DNA of 62,274 nucleotides, filler included. It is 11 parts of 11 records of this genome, joined end to end, with 100 filler letters (N's around TTAATTAATTAA, not from the genome) between each part and the next. Parts side by side here need not be neighbours in the genome. Positions count along the whole stretch, not along the records: positions 40,535 to 46,768 come from SRR7504441_2462; positions 46,869 to 52,505 come from SRR7504441_2467; positions 52,606 to 59,121 come from SRR7504441_2469; 8 more parts are not named here. One strand, 5' to 3'. This document shows positions 43,022 through 53,125 of the stretch, in pieces. How positions within the stretch are numbered: position 1 is the stretch's first letter; every line of letters starts with the position of its first letter. Under the pieces are notes generated by a model. It was given only the letters and a program-made list of their open reading frames with translations. It searched no databases and had not been told where the DNA came from. A program made the translations under genes and the position numbers.

Positions 43022-43439
43022 TCACGGGTCTGTCTCGAGTTAATTAAAAGAGAGAGTCTTTTTTACTCAGAAATCAGTCTGTTCTGTAGGCTATACCTTG
43101 CGGGCGGGGTACTCTTACCTAACCAACGGAAGTGCAGTACGCGTATGTACCTAAGGACGACAGTTGCTTCCCCTCGCCGCGACTTGTGCTCCAACCGTCC
43201 AGTGCCCAAATCGCCCCAATGCCCAGTGTGGCCAACGTTTCGCCAGCCAAATTTCGCATGGTGTATGCGTCTCACGAGCCCGCACGTCGCAACAGCGCAT
43301 GCCAGCCTCTCCGCTGCGTTGGTCTCGCCCACACTCCTTGCCTCGGCGGTGGCCCTGAGACTCTGACGAGACTGCGCAGACGGACCTTTTATGCCAGCGT
43401 GCGGCTAGGAGCCAGGGCCTGCTGTCGGTTGGACTGGAT

Positions 43440-44009
43440 TCAAAGCTCGGGCTGCTCCTGCTGTTCGGGCACTGGCTGGGGCGGGATGGCGTGCCCAAAG
43501 TAATTCGGCTCGCTGAACGGCATCGCCCGGCCTGACAGCGGATCGAACAGCTGGCGGGCCGCCGCGCCGAGGTGGCCCAGGTACACGTGCAGCGCCTGGC
43601 TCCGCCCGCCCCCCTCGCTGCTGATCGCGTGCACAGCTTCCGGTGGCATCACAGTTAAATCGCCCGGCCGCAGCGCCTCCCTGGACACCGGAGCCGCCTC
43701 GATGACGTCCGGGCCGGCCCGGGTGAAGTAGTGGTTGACCTCGACCCCCTCGAAGACCCCGACTATGGCCACCATCTGATGGTCGTGCGGCGGGTAACGG
43801 ATCCCAGCCGGCACCCGGACTAGATAGACCGTGCACCCAGCGCTCTGGTGGAGAAGTTGCTCGTCCGGCCCGCTGTTGGGCACTGCGGCCTGCAGCGCGG
43901 CCGGGCGCAGGTGCTCCGCGTACACCGCCCTCAGCCGGGCCACCGAGCCCTCACGGTCCGCCGGGTCCGATGCAGTGACGCACGCCTCGACAAACTGGGC
44001 CAGTGCCAT
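43440..44009 (-). CDS. Cupin-fold, cysteine-dioxygenase-like protein (bacterial-type)
   Basis: YPPHDHQMVAIVGVFEGVEVN, L.PGD..V, AVHAIS, ALHVYLG: an HxH...H metal triad. Intronless; ATG 44009. Confidence 0.75.
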   Translation of the reverse strand: MALAQFVEACVTASDPADREGSVARLRAVYAEHLRPAALQAAVPNSGPDEQLLHQSAGCTVYLVRVPAGIRYPPHDHQMVAIVGVFEGVEVNHYFTRAGPDVIEAAPVSREALRPGDLTVMPPEAVHAISSEGGGRSQALHVYLGHLGAAARQLFDPLSGRAMPFSEPNYFGHAIPPQPVPEQQEQPEL

Positions 44010-44046
44010 TGCAGCGCGCTCCAACGGAACTGAAGATCGATGACCG

Positions 44047-46335
44047 ATGAGCGGACAGAGCGGTGAGCTGGAGGCTCCGGAGCGGTTTGTCCGGCCGGGC
44101 GACCTGGACCAGCTGGCCCGGTGCCGCTCGGCCAACCTGGTCGCTCGCCGCTGCGCCGTCGCCCTCTCGCCCCAGCCGGACCGGCGGCCGCCGCCTCTCG
44201 ATCTGCGGCGGCGGTCGAGCAGCTGCCGTGATTTGCTCCACGATAGTTTAGAGAGGGACTTGCTTAGGGTCTCGGGGGGGGACGAGCCGGCCAGCCCGCC
44301 CCCGGCCCGCCGCCGCGCCGCCAACCTGGGCGACCGCCTGGGCAGCCCAGGCGGCCCTGGGCTCGGCGAGGCGGCGGCGGGTTGGGGGCAGGCGCGCCAG
44401 AGCAGCTTGGAGCTGCGAAGCGAGTCGGGTTCGGCGCAGCGGCTGCTGGTAGGCACCTGGAGCTTTGTAGACGAGCAGAGCGGGTCGGACAGCCAGCAGC
44501 TCCGTGACCAGCTCAAGGCGGCCAGAGGCTGCTGCCAGGAGTTTGCAGCCTGCGCCTCCCACAGGCTCAGCCACGAGGAAAACGTGCGTTAAAATGCCGT
44601 TGGCGCGGCCAGCCTGGTTGGCAGGTACAGGCGGTGCTCCGGCCGTTGGTCTGCAATTACGCCCGCCGGCTGCTGTTCTCTGTCGGGAGGACCTGCGATG
44701 CGAATGTAGAGGCCGTGATCGATCAGCTGCTCTCCGAGTATCACTGCAGCGTGCTCAGCACCCCGTCAGTGCTCAGCACGCACTCGCAAAACGCCCAGCG
44801 GGTGCTCGAGCCGTTGGTGAGCTCGCTGCCCCAGCGGCTGCTCCAGGACCAGTGGCTCGGCGAGTCGCTTCACCAGTGCAAGGTAGACACAGAAGCGTTG
44901 ATCGAGCACACAGTGAGCGAGTACGCTGCCGCCTGTACCTGGCGGCTCTCCCACAACGAGCACGTCCGTTCGCTGCTGCTCCCGCGGCTGCACGGGTTGG
45001 TGCAGCAGTTAGCGCGCTGCTGCACCCCATCGTTGGGAGGCCAGCGCGTGATTCAGAGAGTCGTGCAAGACTTCTCGGAAGAAATGTCCAGTTTCCGAAG
45101 CCACGCGGCCAACGCCCAGAAGCTGCTGCCCGGTGGCCGGCCGGCTGTTCAGTTAACGGGGGGGCAGGGTTGCTCAGGGCTGCTGCCGTCGAGCTTCTAG
45201 AAGAGGAGAGCAGGGTCTCCTGGGACGGGTTTGCCCTCGAGCCTGTGCTTCTCGAGGCGGTCACCGAGCGGGTGGCGGAGGCATCCAGCCCGGGGGCGGC
45301 TGTGGCGGGGCTGCTCCCAGTTGTGGTGATGGGCAAGATCACGCTCGTCCAGATTGGGCACGAAAGCTGGGGGATGTGTGTTGATGAGTCTCAGGCCGAG
45401 AGGGATCTAAGTCGCGAGCCGGAGGTGGTTGTGTGCGACGCCGACAGTGTGCGGGTGCTGGCCCAGTCGGAGCAGGGCACTGTGCCGCTGATGCACGGAA
45501 TCGTCGAGTTTGCGCAGCACGCGTGGCGCGACGACTTTGGCAGCTGTGCAATCGACTGGCACAAGATCGCTCGGTGCCTCCCCGGCGGCTGGCTTTGGAG
45601 CGGCGGGGCAGGGCGGTGGCGCTGGCCTCTTGTCGGACGTTTGCGTCGGGGGCAGGTTTTGACCTTGTGATGCGGCTGTTTGGGAAAGTGGAGAACTTGC
45701 ACGTAACAGCGGCCAACACCAGGCACGAGCAGCCCGATGCCTCGCCCACTCGGATCACCTTTGGGCGAGGCGGCCGGGTGAGCACGGCGCTGCGAGACTG
45801 GTACAAAGTGATTAAAATGGCCGATGAGCTGGTCGAATGGGTGCTGCTGGCCGTGGACTCGACAGTAGAGATGATCGCTCACGAATGCTCCTCGGCTTCG
45901 GAGGACAGCGGGCTGGCGGATCTTACAGTCACAATCCTGCGCCGGACCATAGACATTAAGGCCGAATCGTTGTGTGAAGGCTGCAAGGCCGTGCGGCGGC
46001 AGGGCCAGGACCCGGGCTTGATGACCGCCGGGTTTGACGGCCGGAGCTCCTCGGCCCAGGCTGACTTGATGGTAAGTTCGCTTTGCCAAGCCTGCTGGGC
46101 GCCAAGTCCAATCGAGGAAGAGGTCCTTGATCTTAGCACTAGCGAGGATGACGAGCCGGGTCGGACCGAACAATTACCGGAGCCGATTTGCGTGATCAGG
46201 CTGGGCGAGGCGTTTGGTGATCGAGCGACTAGTTCGGATGATGAACTCGAAGCAGGCTCACCAACCGGCCGGATATCGACCCTGCCTCTCGGCTGGCAGC
46301 CCGCCCGGCCCTCGCTGACAATGAATGATGATTGA
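44047..46335 (+). CDS. Hypothetical multi-exon protein
   Basis: Successive protein-like ORF segments 44047-44592, 44634-45200, about 45200-45590 and about 45655-46335, with GT...CAG gaps. No domain recognised. Confidence 0.5.
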
Positions 46336-46449
46336 CCTCTAGACAGATCAGTTCATATAAATCAGTTACCTCAATACAAATCACGTTTGTACATGTGATT
46401 TAATACGAAGCTATAGCGACGAAAAGTATCGATGTGTGTTATTGACCAA

Positions 46450-46768
46450 TTAACCGGGCCTAGTTGCCATCTCACTGTCCCATCCATAGCACCATCCGGT
46501 GCACCCCCATAAGGCATCGGTACCCGGAGCCCGAGCCGGAATCATGGCTGGAACCCAAGCCGGATTTACAACCAAAGTCGCCACAGGCTCGGGAGGAACA
46601 ATGCGGCGAACCGGGTTGTTGTCCGGCCGCGGCTTCTTGGACTGTGCCGGCGGGCTGTCGGTTGGCTGATCCAGCATCTCGTCGGCCTTGCGCTTCCGGC
46701 CATCGCTCTGGCTGCACTCTCCCTTGCACTCCTTGCAATCCTTGCACACACTGCGCACCCGGCCGTGG
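46450..46768 (-). CDS. 3' fragment of a protein with an HGRxRSxCKxC zinc-binding repeat
   Basis: Begins at the contig edge with HGRVRSVCKDCKECKGEC, followed by the NLS-like RKRKA...KKPR. Confidence 0.5.
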
Positions 46769-46868
46769 NNNNNNNNNNNNNNNNNNNNNNNNNNNNNNNN
46801 NNNNNNNNNNNNTTAATTAATTAANNNNNNNNNNNNNNNNNNNNNNNNNNNNNNNNNNNNNNNNNNNN
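46769..46868. other. Artificial contig linker
   Basis: N44-TTAATTAATTAA-N44. Confidence 0.99.
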
Positions 46869-48883
46869 GCCTGCACTTTTGCGATCTCCCTGTCCAGTTC
46901 AGCCTTTCGCCTGCCGGCATCCTCCTCCGCCCTTACCCTAACGGCCTCCCTCTCCTGTGCTGCTCTGGCAACAGCCTCCTCCGCCGCCTGCATTCTGATG
47001 GCCTCTCTCTCTCGTGCCGCCTTCCGCCTGGCATCTTCGGCTTCCGCCTGATAAGTTTCTCCTGGTGTCGAATGTTGCTCTCTCTGTCCAATGCTGCGAG
47101 GGTAGGTCTCTATTGGCCCGGCCAGCTGCTCGGCCTCCCTTCTCCAGATCTGCATTCTACTCGGGCTGGACGGTCGTCTACTGGCTTGTTGTTTCCGTTT
47201 CTCGTGTATCAGTGTGTCGCCTTGGCTTTGCTGCTCGTCATGCAGCAGCGTAGGGCTCTCCGATAGAAGTCGCTGGCTGCTGCTAAGCGGTGACGACAGC
47301 TGCTCCCCAAGCATCCAAGCATGCTTCTCTGATCTGATCCGCGCTCTTCGTGCCGCTACGCCCCGACCGGGGTACAGGTCTTGCCCTTCGTCCGGGCTTT
47401 TCCTTGTGTCCTCACGATGGTGTGCGGGCGTTTCTGTATGAGGGCTGCGCACTTCCAGGGAGGGCAGAGGGCTGTGCCGCCCTCCACTGCTCGAAGGTTC
47501 GGCTCCAATGGCGCTTCTGTCCGCTACAAAGGCTGTGCCGAGCATGATTCTGCCCTTTTGGATGGCTCGGCTGAACTCTTGGGCGTCGATAACATCGTCG
47601 TTGTTAGTGTCGATTTCGTCAAACACCTCGTCCATTGTTCGACTCGAATGGGCCTCAGTTACACTCCCAACAGACCGGCTTCCCGGACTAGGGCTGGCGG
47701 CATCACGCTGCGGAGTAGAGTCGTGCAAACGACTGAAGCTGCTGGGCAGGCCAGGTGTTGGAGTCTGAGTTGCCTGATCATGGCTCGCTTCGGTCCACCC
47801 ATCCAGCCGATGCAGCTCACTATCAAACATCGAATCAATCCGCCCAGCAGCTTCCTCTTCTGCCCTAATTCTAGCTGCCTCCCTCTCTAAAGAGGCCTTC
47901 CACCTGGCAGCCTCAGCTTCCTCCTCCTCTGCCTTCAATCTGGCAGCCTCCTTCTCCAGAGCCTCTCTTGCCGCAGCTACTGCAGCCGCGGCCGACAAGG
48001 CCGCCTCTCTCTCCAGTGCCGCCTTCCGCTTGGCAGCTTCCTCCTCGGCTGCCCTGAACCTTGCGGTCTCTTTAGCCAGTGCTGCCTTCCATCTGGCAGC
48101 TTCGGCTTCCTCGGCCCTCCTGGCTTCTTCCTCCTCCATCCTCACCCGTTTCGCCTCACCCTCCAGTGCTGCCTTCCGCGTGGCCGCTTCCTCTTCCTCC
48201 AGCCTTCCTCTGGGGCTCATGGCTAGTAACCGCCTGCTGCTGTTCAGTTTAGATGACAGCGCCCGCAGTTGCGAACTCAGCCCCTCCAGCTCCGGGAGCC
48301 TCGCCCGAACGTCCTGGGCGGCCGGCTCTGGCTCCCAGACCAACTGCCGCCCGGCCACCGGCCGTACCGGGGAAGCCGACCGCGCGCGCCATCTGGCGCA
48401 TCGGGCGCTAATCTCACCGGTGCTTTGGGTCGGTCGGCGTGGGTCTGGAGTGAGATATCGCTGGGGCGCGCGACCAGCCGAGACCCGATCCCGCCCAATC
48501 ACTGCAAGAGCTTTCGTTTCGATGCGAGCAACTTCGTCCGCAGTCAGCAAGCTTGGGGTCGGGGCCCGAGTCGCTGACCGTGCGGCCTGGATCTGCCGCC
48601 TGGCGTCCTGGCTATTCTGGCTGATCCAGTTGGCCAACGGGCCGGCCGGCAAGTGCGTGAAGCTATCGTGCGCCGGAGCTTCCGCACGGGCGGGCGGGTC
48701 GGGCCTCGCCACTCTGTCGGGCGCATGGGGGTCCGTGGGCGCCAGCAGCGTGCCCTGTTGGACAGCGGCCGCGAACTCGCTGCGGTCGATCACCCCGTCC
48801 TTGTTGTCGTCCACCCGGTCGAACACGCCGGCCCCCCGCCTGGACCGTGCCTTGCTCTTGGCAAACAGCACCCGTTCAGCCAT
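46869..48883 (-). CDS. EF-hand protein with E/A/R-rich helical repeats, 3'-truncated
   Basis: FDRVDDNKDGVIDRSEF and FDEIDTNNDDVIDAQEF; repeated KAALEREAAR units; first in-frame ATG 48883. Confidence 0.75.
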
Positions 48884-48956
48884 TCTTCCCCACTGATCCC
48901 AACGGCCACTGCCGGCCGGAGGGGGCTGATCGACATCCACGGCCACTGCCGGAGCA

Positions 48957-51900
48957 ATGGTCGGAGCACTGGCCGGAGCGATATGCCTGGCCCTGCGCTG
49001 TGCACTGGCCCTGGGCGCCCGATCGGAACTGTTCGACTCGTTGTCCTCGCTCCAGTTCCGGAACCCGCCAGACGGCGCAGTCAGCCGAGCCGCCGACCAG
49101 GTGACTCACCGGGAGCAGTGCGTGCTCTACAGTGAGATCGACAATGTGAGCTCCATCAACAAGGGCTGGGACGTGGGCAGCGGCGTGGGCTGGAACCTGA
49201 GTTACCCCTACGCCGCCAATGGAACCGTCCCGCCCACAGGCATCCGCTCGGCAGTGCCGCTGGGCGGGATGGCGACGGGTAACTTTGAGGTGCGCGCTGA
49301 CGGCAGCTTCAGGCAATGGTGCATCGAGAGTCAGTCGCCGGGCGGTGGGGCCAAACTCGATATTGGGGCGCTGAATGAGGCCACGCTCGGTGTGCGGGTC
49401 AACAGCAAGGCCGCGCTGCTGCGCACGCATCCGCCTGCCGGCCTTCCTGGAGTGGCCGGGCTGCGCTACGAGGGGGCCGTTCCCGTTTCCAAGCTGACTG
49501 TAGAGGATAGCGATCTGCCTGCGGCGCTCGCCCTGTATGCGCACGGCGAGATTGTACCTTGGGAGCACGACCAAAGTCTCACGCCTGCCGTCAGCTTCAC
49601 GCTGACAGCCCACAATCCGACTCGTACGCCCATAGAGGTCGCGCTGCTGCTCTCTCTGCCACTCGCGAGCCAGCCCGAAACGGCCCGAGTGGTGGCGGAA
49701 GGATCCGAGCGTACGCGTGCGAATGCCTCCACTGTGCTGGCGTGCAAAGCTCTGTGCGACAGCTCAGTCAGCTGTGTCGGGTGGAGCTTGGAGGCCGCCG
49801 AGTGCTACCTGATCCGAGGCGGGGTGCCGCAGAACGTGTTTGCAGCTGGCGTCACCTCCGGAATCAAAGGTTCGTGGACGCACACCGCCGACACACTGGT
49901 CCACGACCGAGCCATTCCAGCTCCGCCAATTCCTCCACCTCCAGTCGCGTGCTCCAATTCCACGACTGTGCAGGGCTATGACATAGCCGGCACATTGGTC
50001 AAGCAGCCGTCTCCTGTGGGCGGAGCTGCAGTTGATGCATTGCCTGTGGCGGAGGGCCAGGCAGGCTACAACAGCTGTCGGCGCACATGCTGCAGCAACC
50101 CTCTCTGCAAAGCGTGGGTTGTCGCCTCTCCCTCTGCACCGCCGGGCGCTGCACCAGCCCCGTGCTCTCACGGAAAGCCGTGCTGCTGGCACAAAGGCGG
50201 CAAGGCATCGATTTCGTCCAAGTGTTCGTACTGCACCTCTTCTGTGTGGGACTCTTCTGGCTCTGACTCTACATCCGGCCTCAACGAACAAGTGGGGAAC
50301 TTTGCACTCCATGTGCCCAACACCAACCCAGACTCGAAAGTCTCGTTTATGACTGCCGACACTCTGCCGGGCATCTTCGAGCGCTTTAGCCAGGGGGGGT
50401 CCTCGAGTGTCAGCTCAGCTGCAGTTCACGGTGCAGTCTCGTCGAGCCTTGTGCTGCAGCCTGGTGAGAACAGAACGATCACTATTGTTTTTGGCTGGCA
50501 CTTTAGCACCCGGTACTTTACAGGGGCGTCGATTGGCAACTACTATACTCGTTTGCACAAGGATGCGGCCAGCGCCGCGCAGGGGATGGGGCAAAGGCTC
50601 GAACAGTTGGTGGAGACTTACCGTGGCTGGCACGCCGCCTTCTTTGAGGCTAGCTCTCTTCCTGCGTGGTTGCAAGACGTGCTCGTCAACTCGATGAGCC
50701 AGTGGAGATCGGCTTTCAAGACAGCAGATGGAAGATGGCGTCAGTGGGAGGCTTACGACTGTGTTGACGTGGACAGCGTTCACAACGATTACCAGAGGCA
50801 GATGCCTTATGCCCTATTCTTTCCAGAGTTCGTGAAAAACACGATGAGCACAGGCTGGAAGAAGCTACAGCAGTCAAATGGTATGATCACAGAGAGTCTC
50901 AGTGGCGGATGCATGGGACCGACTGGCACTCTCGATTCCGGCGGCGGCCGTGTGATGGGAGATGTGTCGACAATTTTTTTGATCGAAGTTCTGCAACTGT
51001 ATGAGTGGACAAACGATCCAGCTTTCCTTGATGAAATGGCCAGCGCCGCACTCAGAGCAGGGGAGTGGTTCATGAATATTGGGACTGCTGGAACACCGCT
51101 GCCGCATAAGCAATGCTGCACCTATGATATCATTGACTTTGCAAACTATGACCATACAGCATACAATTCGTTCCTCTATCTGGCTGCTCTGAGGGCGGGC
51201 GAACGTCTCGGTGCACACCTCAATAACCGCACCTTCAGCCTGGAGTGTGAGAGGAAGATAGCAACTGCGACCAAATTTATGGTTCAGGCGCTTTGGAACC
51301 AAACCCACCAGTATTTCCGGGCATGGCAAGACGCAGCCCTCGGTGCGCCGCCGTGGGTGATGGCAGATACTCTCTACGGACAAGTCCTGGCAAATACGCT
51401 CGGGCTCGAGTCCAATGCAACAACGTGGCTGGTGGATCCGAAGATGATCGAATCGCATCTGCATGTAGAAGCCACTTTTAATCCTTCGCCGTATGGTCTG
51501 ACCGTGGTGACAACCTCTGGTCAGCCTCCAATGCCACGACGACAGCTTGATGGGAAGCAAGCAACCTGCAGCGAAGCTACCAAATTGGCCAAGTATGACT
51601 CGGTCTGGATGGGAGGGGCGCCGGATTGGGCTGCCCTCCAAATTGCACTTGGAGAGCAAGGGGTTGGCTTGGCAGCTGCACTGGCGATGGCAGAAAAGGA
51701 GTTGGACCATTGGAGAACCGATCTTCGTGATCAGTGGAACATTCATGGCCTGACAGCTAATGACGGGTATGGAGTAGATGGGCAGCCATGGTGTACTGCT
51801 CATTATGGCTTCCACATGCCAATCTGGCACATTCCATTCGCTATGTCTGGGCAGCGGTTTTCTGCCCTGGCGAATGGAACCATCTCATTCGCACCCAAGC

Positions 51901-52103
51901 TAACGTGCCCATTCAAGCTGCCCTTCCTCACGCCCGGTGGTGTGGGTACGATTGGCTGCGGAAAGGATGCGTATGAGCTGACAGTGACTCTAGGCAAGCT
52001 GCGGGTGGAGAGGCTTTCTGTGCGAAGGGACGGTCGTGATGTCTTCTTTCCGACGAGTGCCGACGTTGCCACAGGCGAGAGCATTAGTTGGCCAATCGCG
52101 TAA
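48957..52103 (+). CDS. Secreted GH116 (GBA2-like) glycosidase with inserted PAN/apple-like modules
   Basis: Signal peptide; AVPLGGMATGNFEVRADGSFRQW (GH116 N domain); RQWEAYDC, CTYD, YNSFLYLAAL, LWNQ..YF, ADTLYGQ, AHYG. Cys modules CKALCDSSVSCVGWS...CYL and CRRTCCSNPLCKAWV...CWHK. Intronless. Confidence 0.85.
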   Translation: MVGALAGAICLALRCALALGARSELFDSLSSLQFRNPPDGAVSRAADQVTHREQCVLYSEIDNVSSINKGWDVGSGVGWNLSYPYAANGTVPPTGIRSAVPLGGMATGNFEVRADGSFRQWCIESQSPGGGAKLDIGALNEATLGVRVNSKAALLRTHPPAGLPGVAGLRYEGAVPVSKLTVEDSDLPAALALYAHGEIVPWEHDQSLTPAVSFTLTAHNPTRTPIEVALLLSLPLASQPETARVVAEGSERTRANASTVLACKALCDSSVSCVGWSLEAAECYLIRGGVPQNVFAAGVTSGIKGSWTHTADTLVHDRAIPAPPIPPPPVACSNSTTVQGYDIAGTLVKQPSPVGGAAVDALPVAEGQAGYNSCRRTCCSNPLCKAWVVASPSAPPGAAPAPCSHGKPCCWHKGGKASISSKCSYCTSSVWDSSGSDSTSGLNEQVGNFALHVPNTNPDSKVSFMTADTLPGIFERFSQGGSSSVSSAAVHGAVSSSLVLQPGENRTITIVFGWHFSTRYFTGASIGNYYTRLHKDAASAAQGMGQRLEQLVETYRGWHAAFFEASSLPAWLQDVLVNSMSQWRSAFKTADGRWRQWEAYDCVDVDSVHNDYQRQMPYALFFPEFVKNTMSTGWKKLQQSNGMITESLSGGCMGPTGTLDSGGGRVMGDVSTIFLIEVLQLYEWTNDPAFLDEMASAALRAGEWFMNIGTAGTPLPHKQCCTYDIIDFANYDHTAYNSFLYLAALRAGERLGAHLNNRTFSLECERKIATATKFMVQALWNQTHQYFRAWQDAALGAPPWVMADTLYGQVLANTLGLESNATTWLVDPKMIESHLHVEATFNPSPYGLTVVTTSGQPPMPRRQLDGKQATCSEATKLAKYDSVWMGGAPDWAALQIALGEQGVGLAAALAMAEKELDHWRTDLRDQWNIHGLTANDGYGVDGQPWCTAHYGFHMPIWHIPFAMSGQRFSALANGTISFAPKLTCPFKLPFLTPGGVGTIGCGKDAYELTVTLGKLRVERLSVRRDGRDVFFPTSADVATGESISWPIA

Positions 52104-52298
52104 AATAATGATTGACTTCATGTAACTAAGTTACATTGATGATTCACTAGTATTCAAGTACAGTATTCATACTAAGCACATTTGGACTGAAGCGGCTAAT
52201 TGTAAAATATGGCTAGCTCGGCTGGCTTTGCGCTTGCCGAAGCTGCATGACTCTCTTTCCGTGTACATTCTTGCGTGTTCCACTGAATCGCATCGAAA

Positions 52299-52505
52299 TC
52301 ACATCCGGAAGACACCGTACCTGTTGACCATCTTGGGCGCATTCAGTGAAATCGAAAGGGCCATGCCAAGCACGTCCCTTGTGTCCCGCGGATCGATCAC
52401 TCCGTCATCGTAAACGTGAGCCGTGGAGTGGTAAGCCGAGTTGGTGCTTTCGAACGCATCGATGATTGGCTCCTGCATTTGCTTGAGCTGTTCCGGGGAG
52501 AGTGG
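52299..52505 (-). CDS. MCCC2: Methylcrotonoyl-CoA carboxylase beta (carboxyltransferase) C-terminus, 5'-truncated
   Basis: My translation: ...SAYHSTAHVYDDGVIDPRDTRDVLGMALSISLNAPKMVNRYGVFRM*, the canonical DDGxIDPxDTR...GVFRM end. Absent from the ORF track. Confidence 0.85.
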   Translation of the reverse strand, partial: PLSPEQLKQMQEPIIDAFESTNSAYHSTAHVYDDGVIDPRDTRDVLGMALSISLNAPKMVNRYGVFRM

Positions 52506-52605
52506 NNNNNNNNNNNNNNNNNNNNNNNNNNNNNNNNNNNNNNNNNNNNTTAATTAATTAANNNNNNNNNNNNNNNNNNNNNNNNNNNNNNNNNNNNNNN
52601 NNNNN
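52506..52605. other. Artificial contig linker
   Basis: N44-TTAATTAATTAA-N44. Confidence 0.99.
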
Positions 52606-53125
52606 ACCGACACGACTGCGTATGACCGAAAAGACGAAATTTTGTTTTGAATGCTTAGCGTGGGGCTGTCCAAAGATGCCAGGATTTGGGTGGATATCAA
52701 TGCCACGAGCCGTATAAGCTCAACGCCTGGAACACTTTAGAGTTTGGTGGGCATGCGTGTGCAAGTAATCAAATGACTCGGGAGTACACTGCTGGGGCCT
52801 CTACTTTGGTGCACAACCTTGGGGTCTTGATGTCTACGCTGCTTTGCGTTTTGCTGCATTATCGTCATCACACATGAATTCGTATAGATCTGTTGCGTAC
52901 ATCTGATTCAAATAAAACAGTCTTATTTCCAACACAGTCGCTTGTCAGCGTAATACAAGTACTTATACTTAAGAATAATAATTATATGCATGTAATTTAC
53001 ATGTAATTAACGTGTACAGTAATAAGTACGTACATGCGATGTAATTGAATTAATTATTTCTAACAATAATTGCCACGATGCACATGAAAGCTTACCGGTA
53101 CTGACACAACAACAAGTTTGAACAT

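Noticed and set aside
47860-48200. Nucleotide repeats in the EF-hand gene
   Set aside because: They encode KAALEREAAR helical repeats; ordinary coding low complexity.
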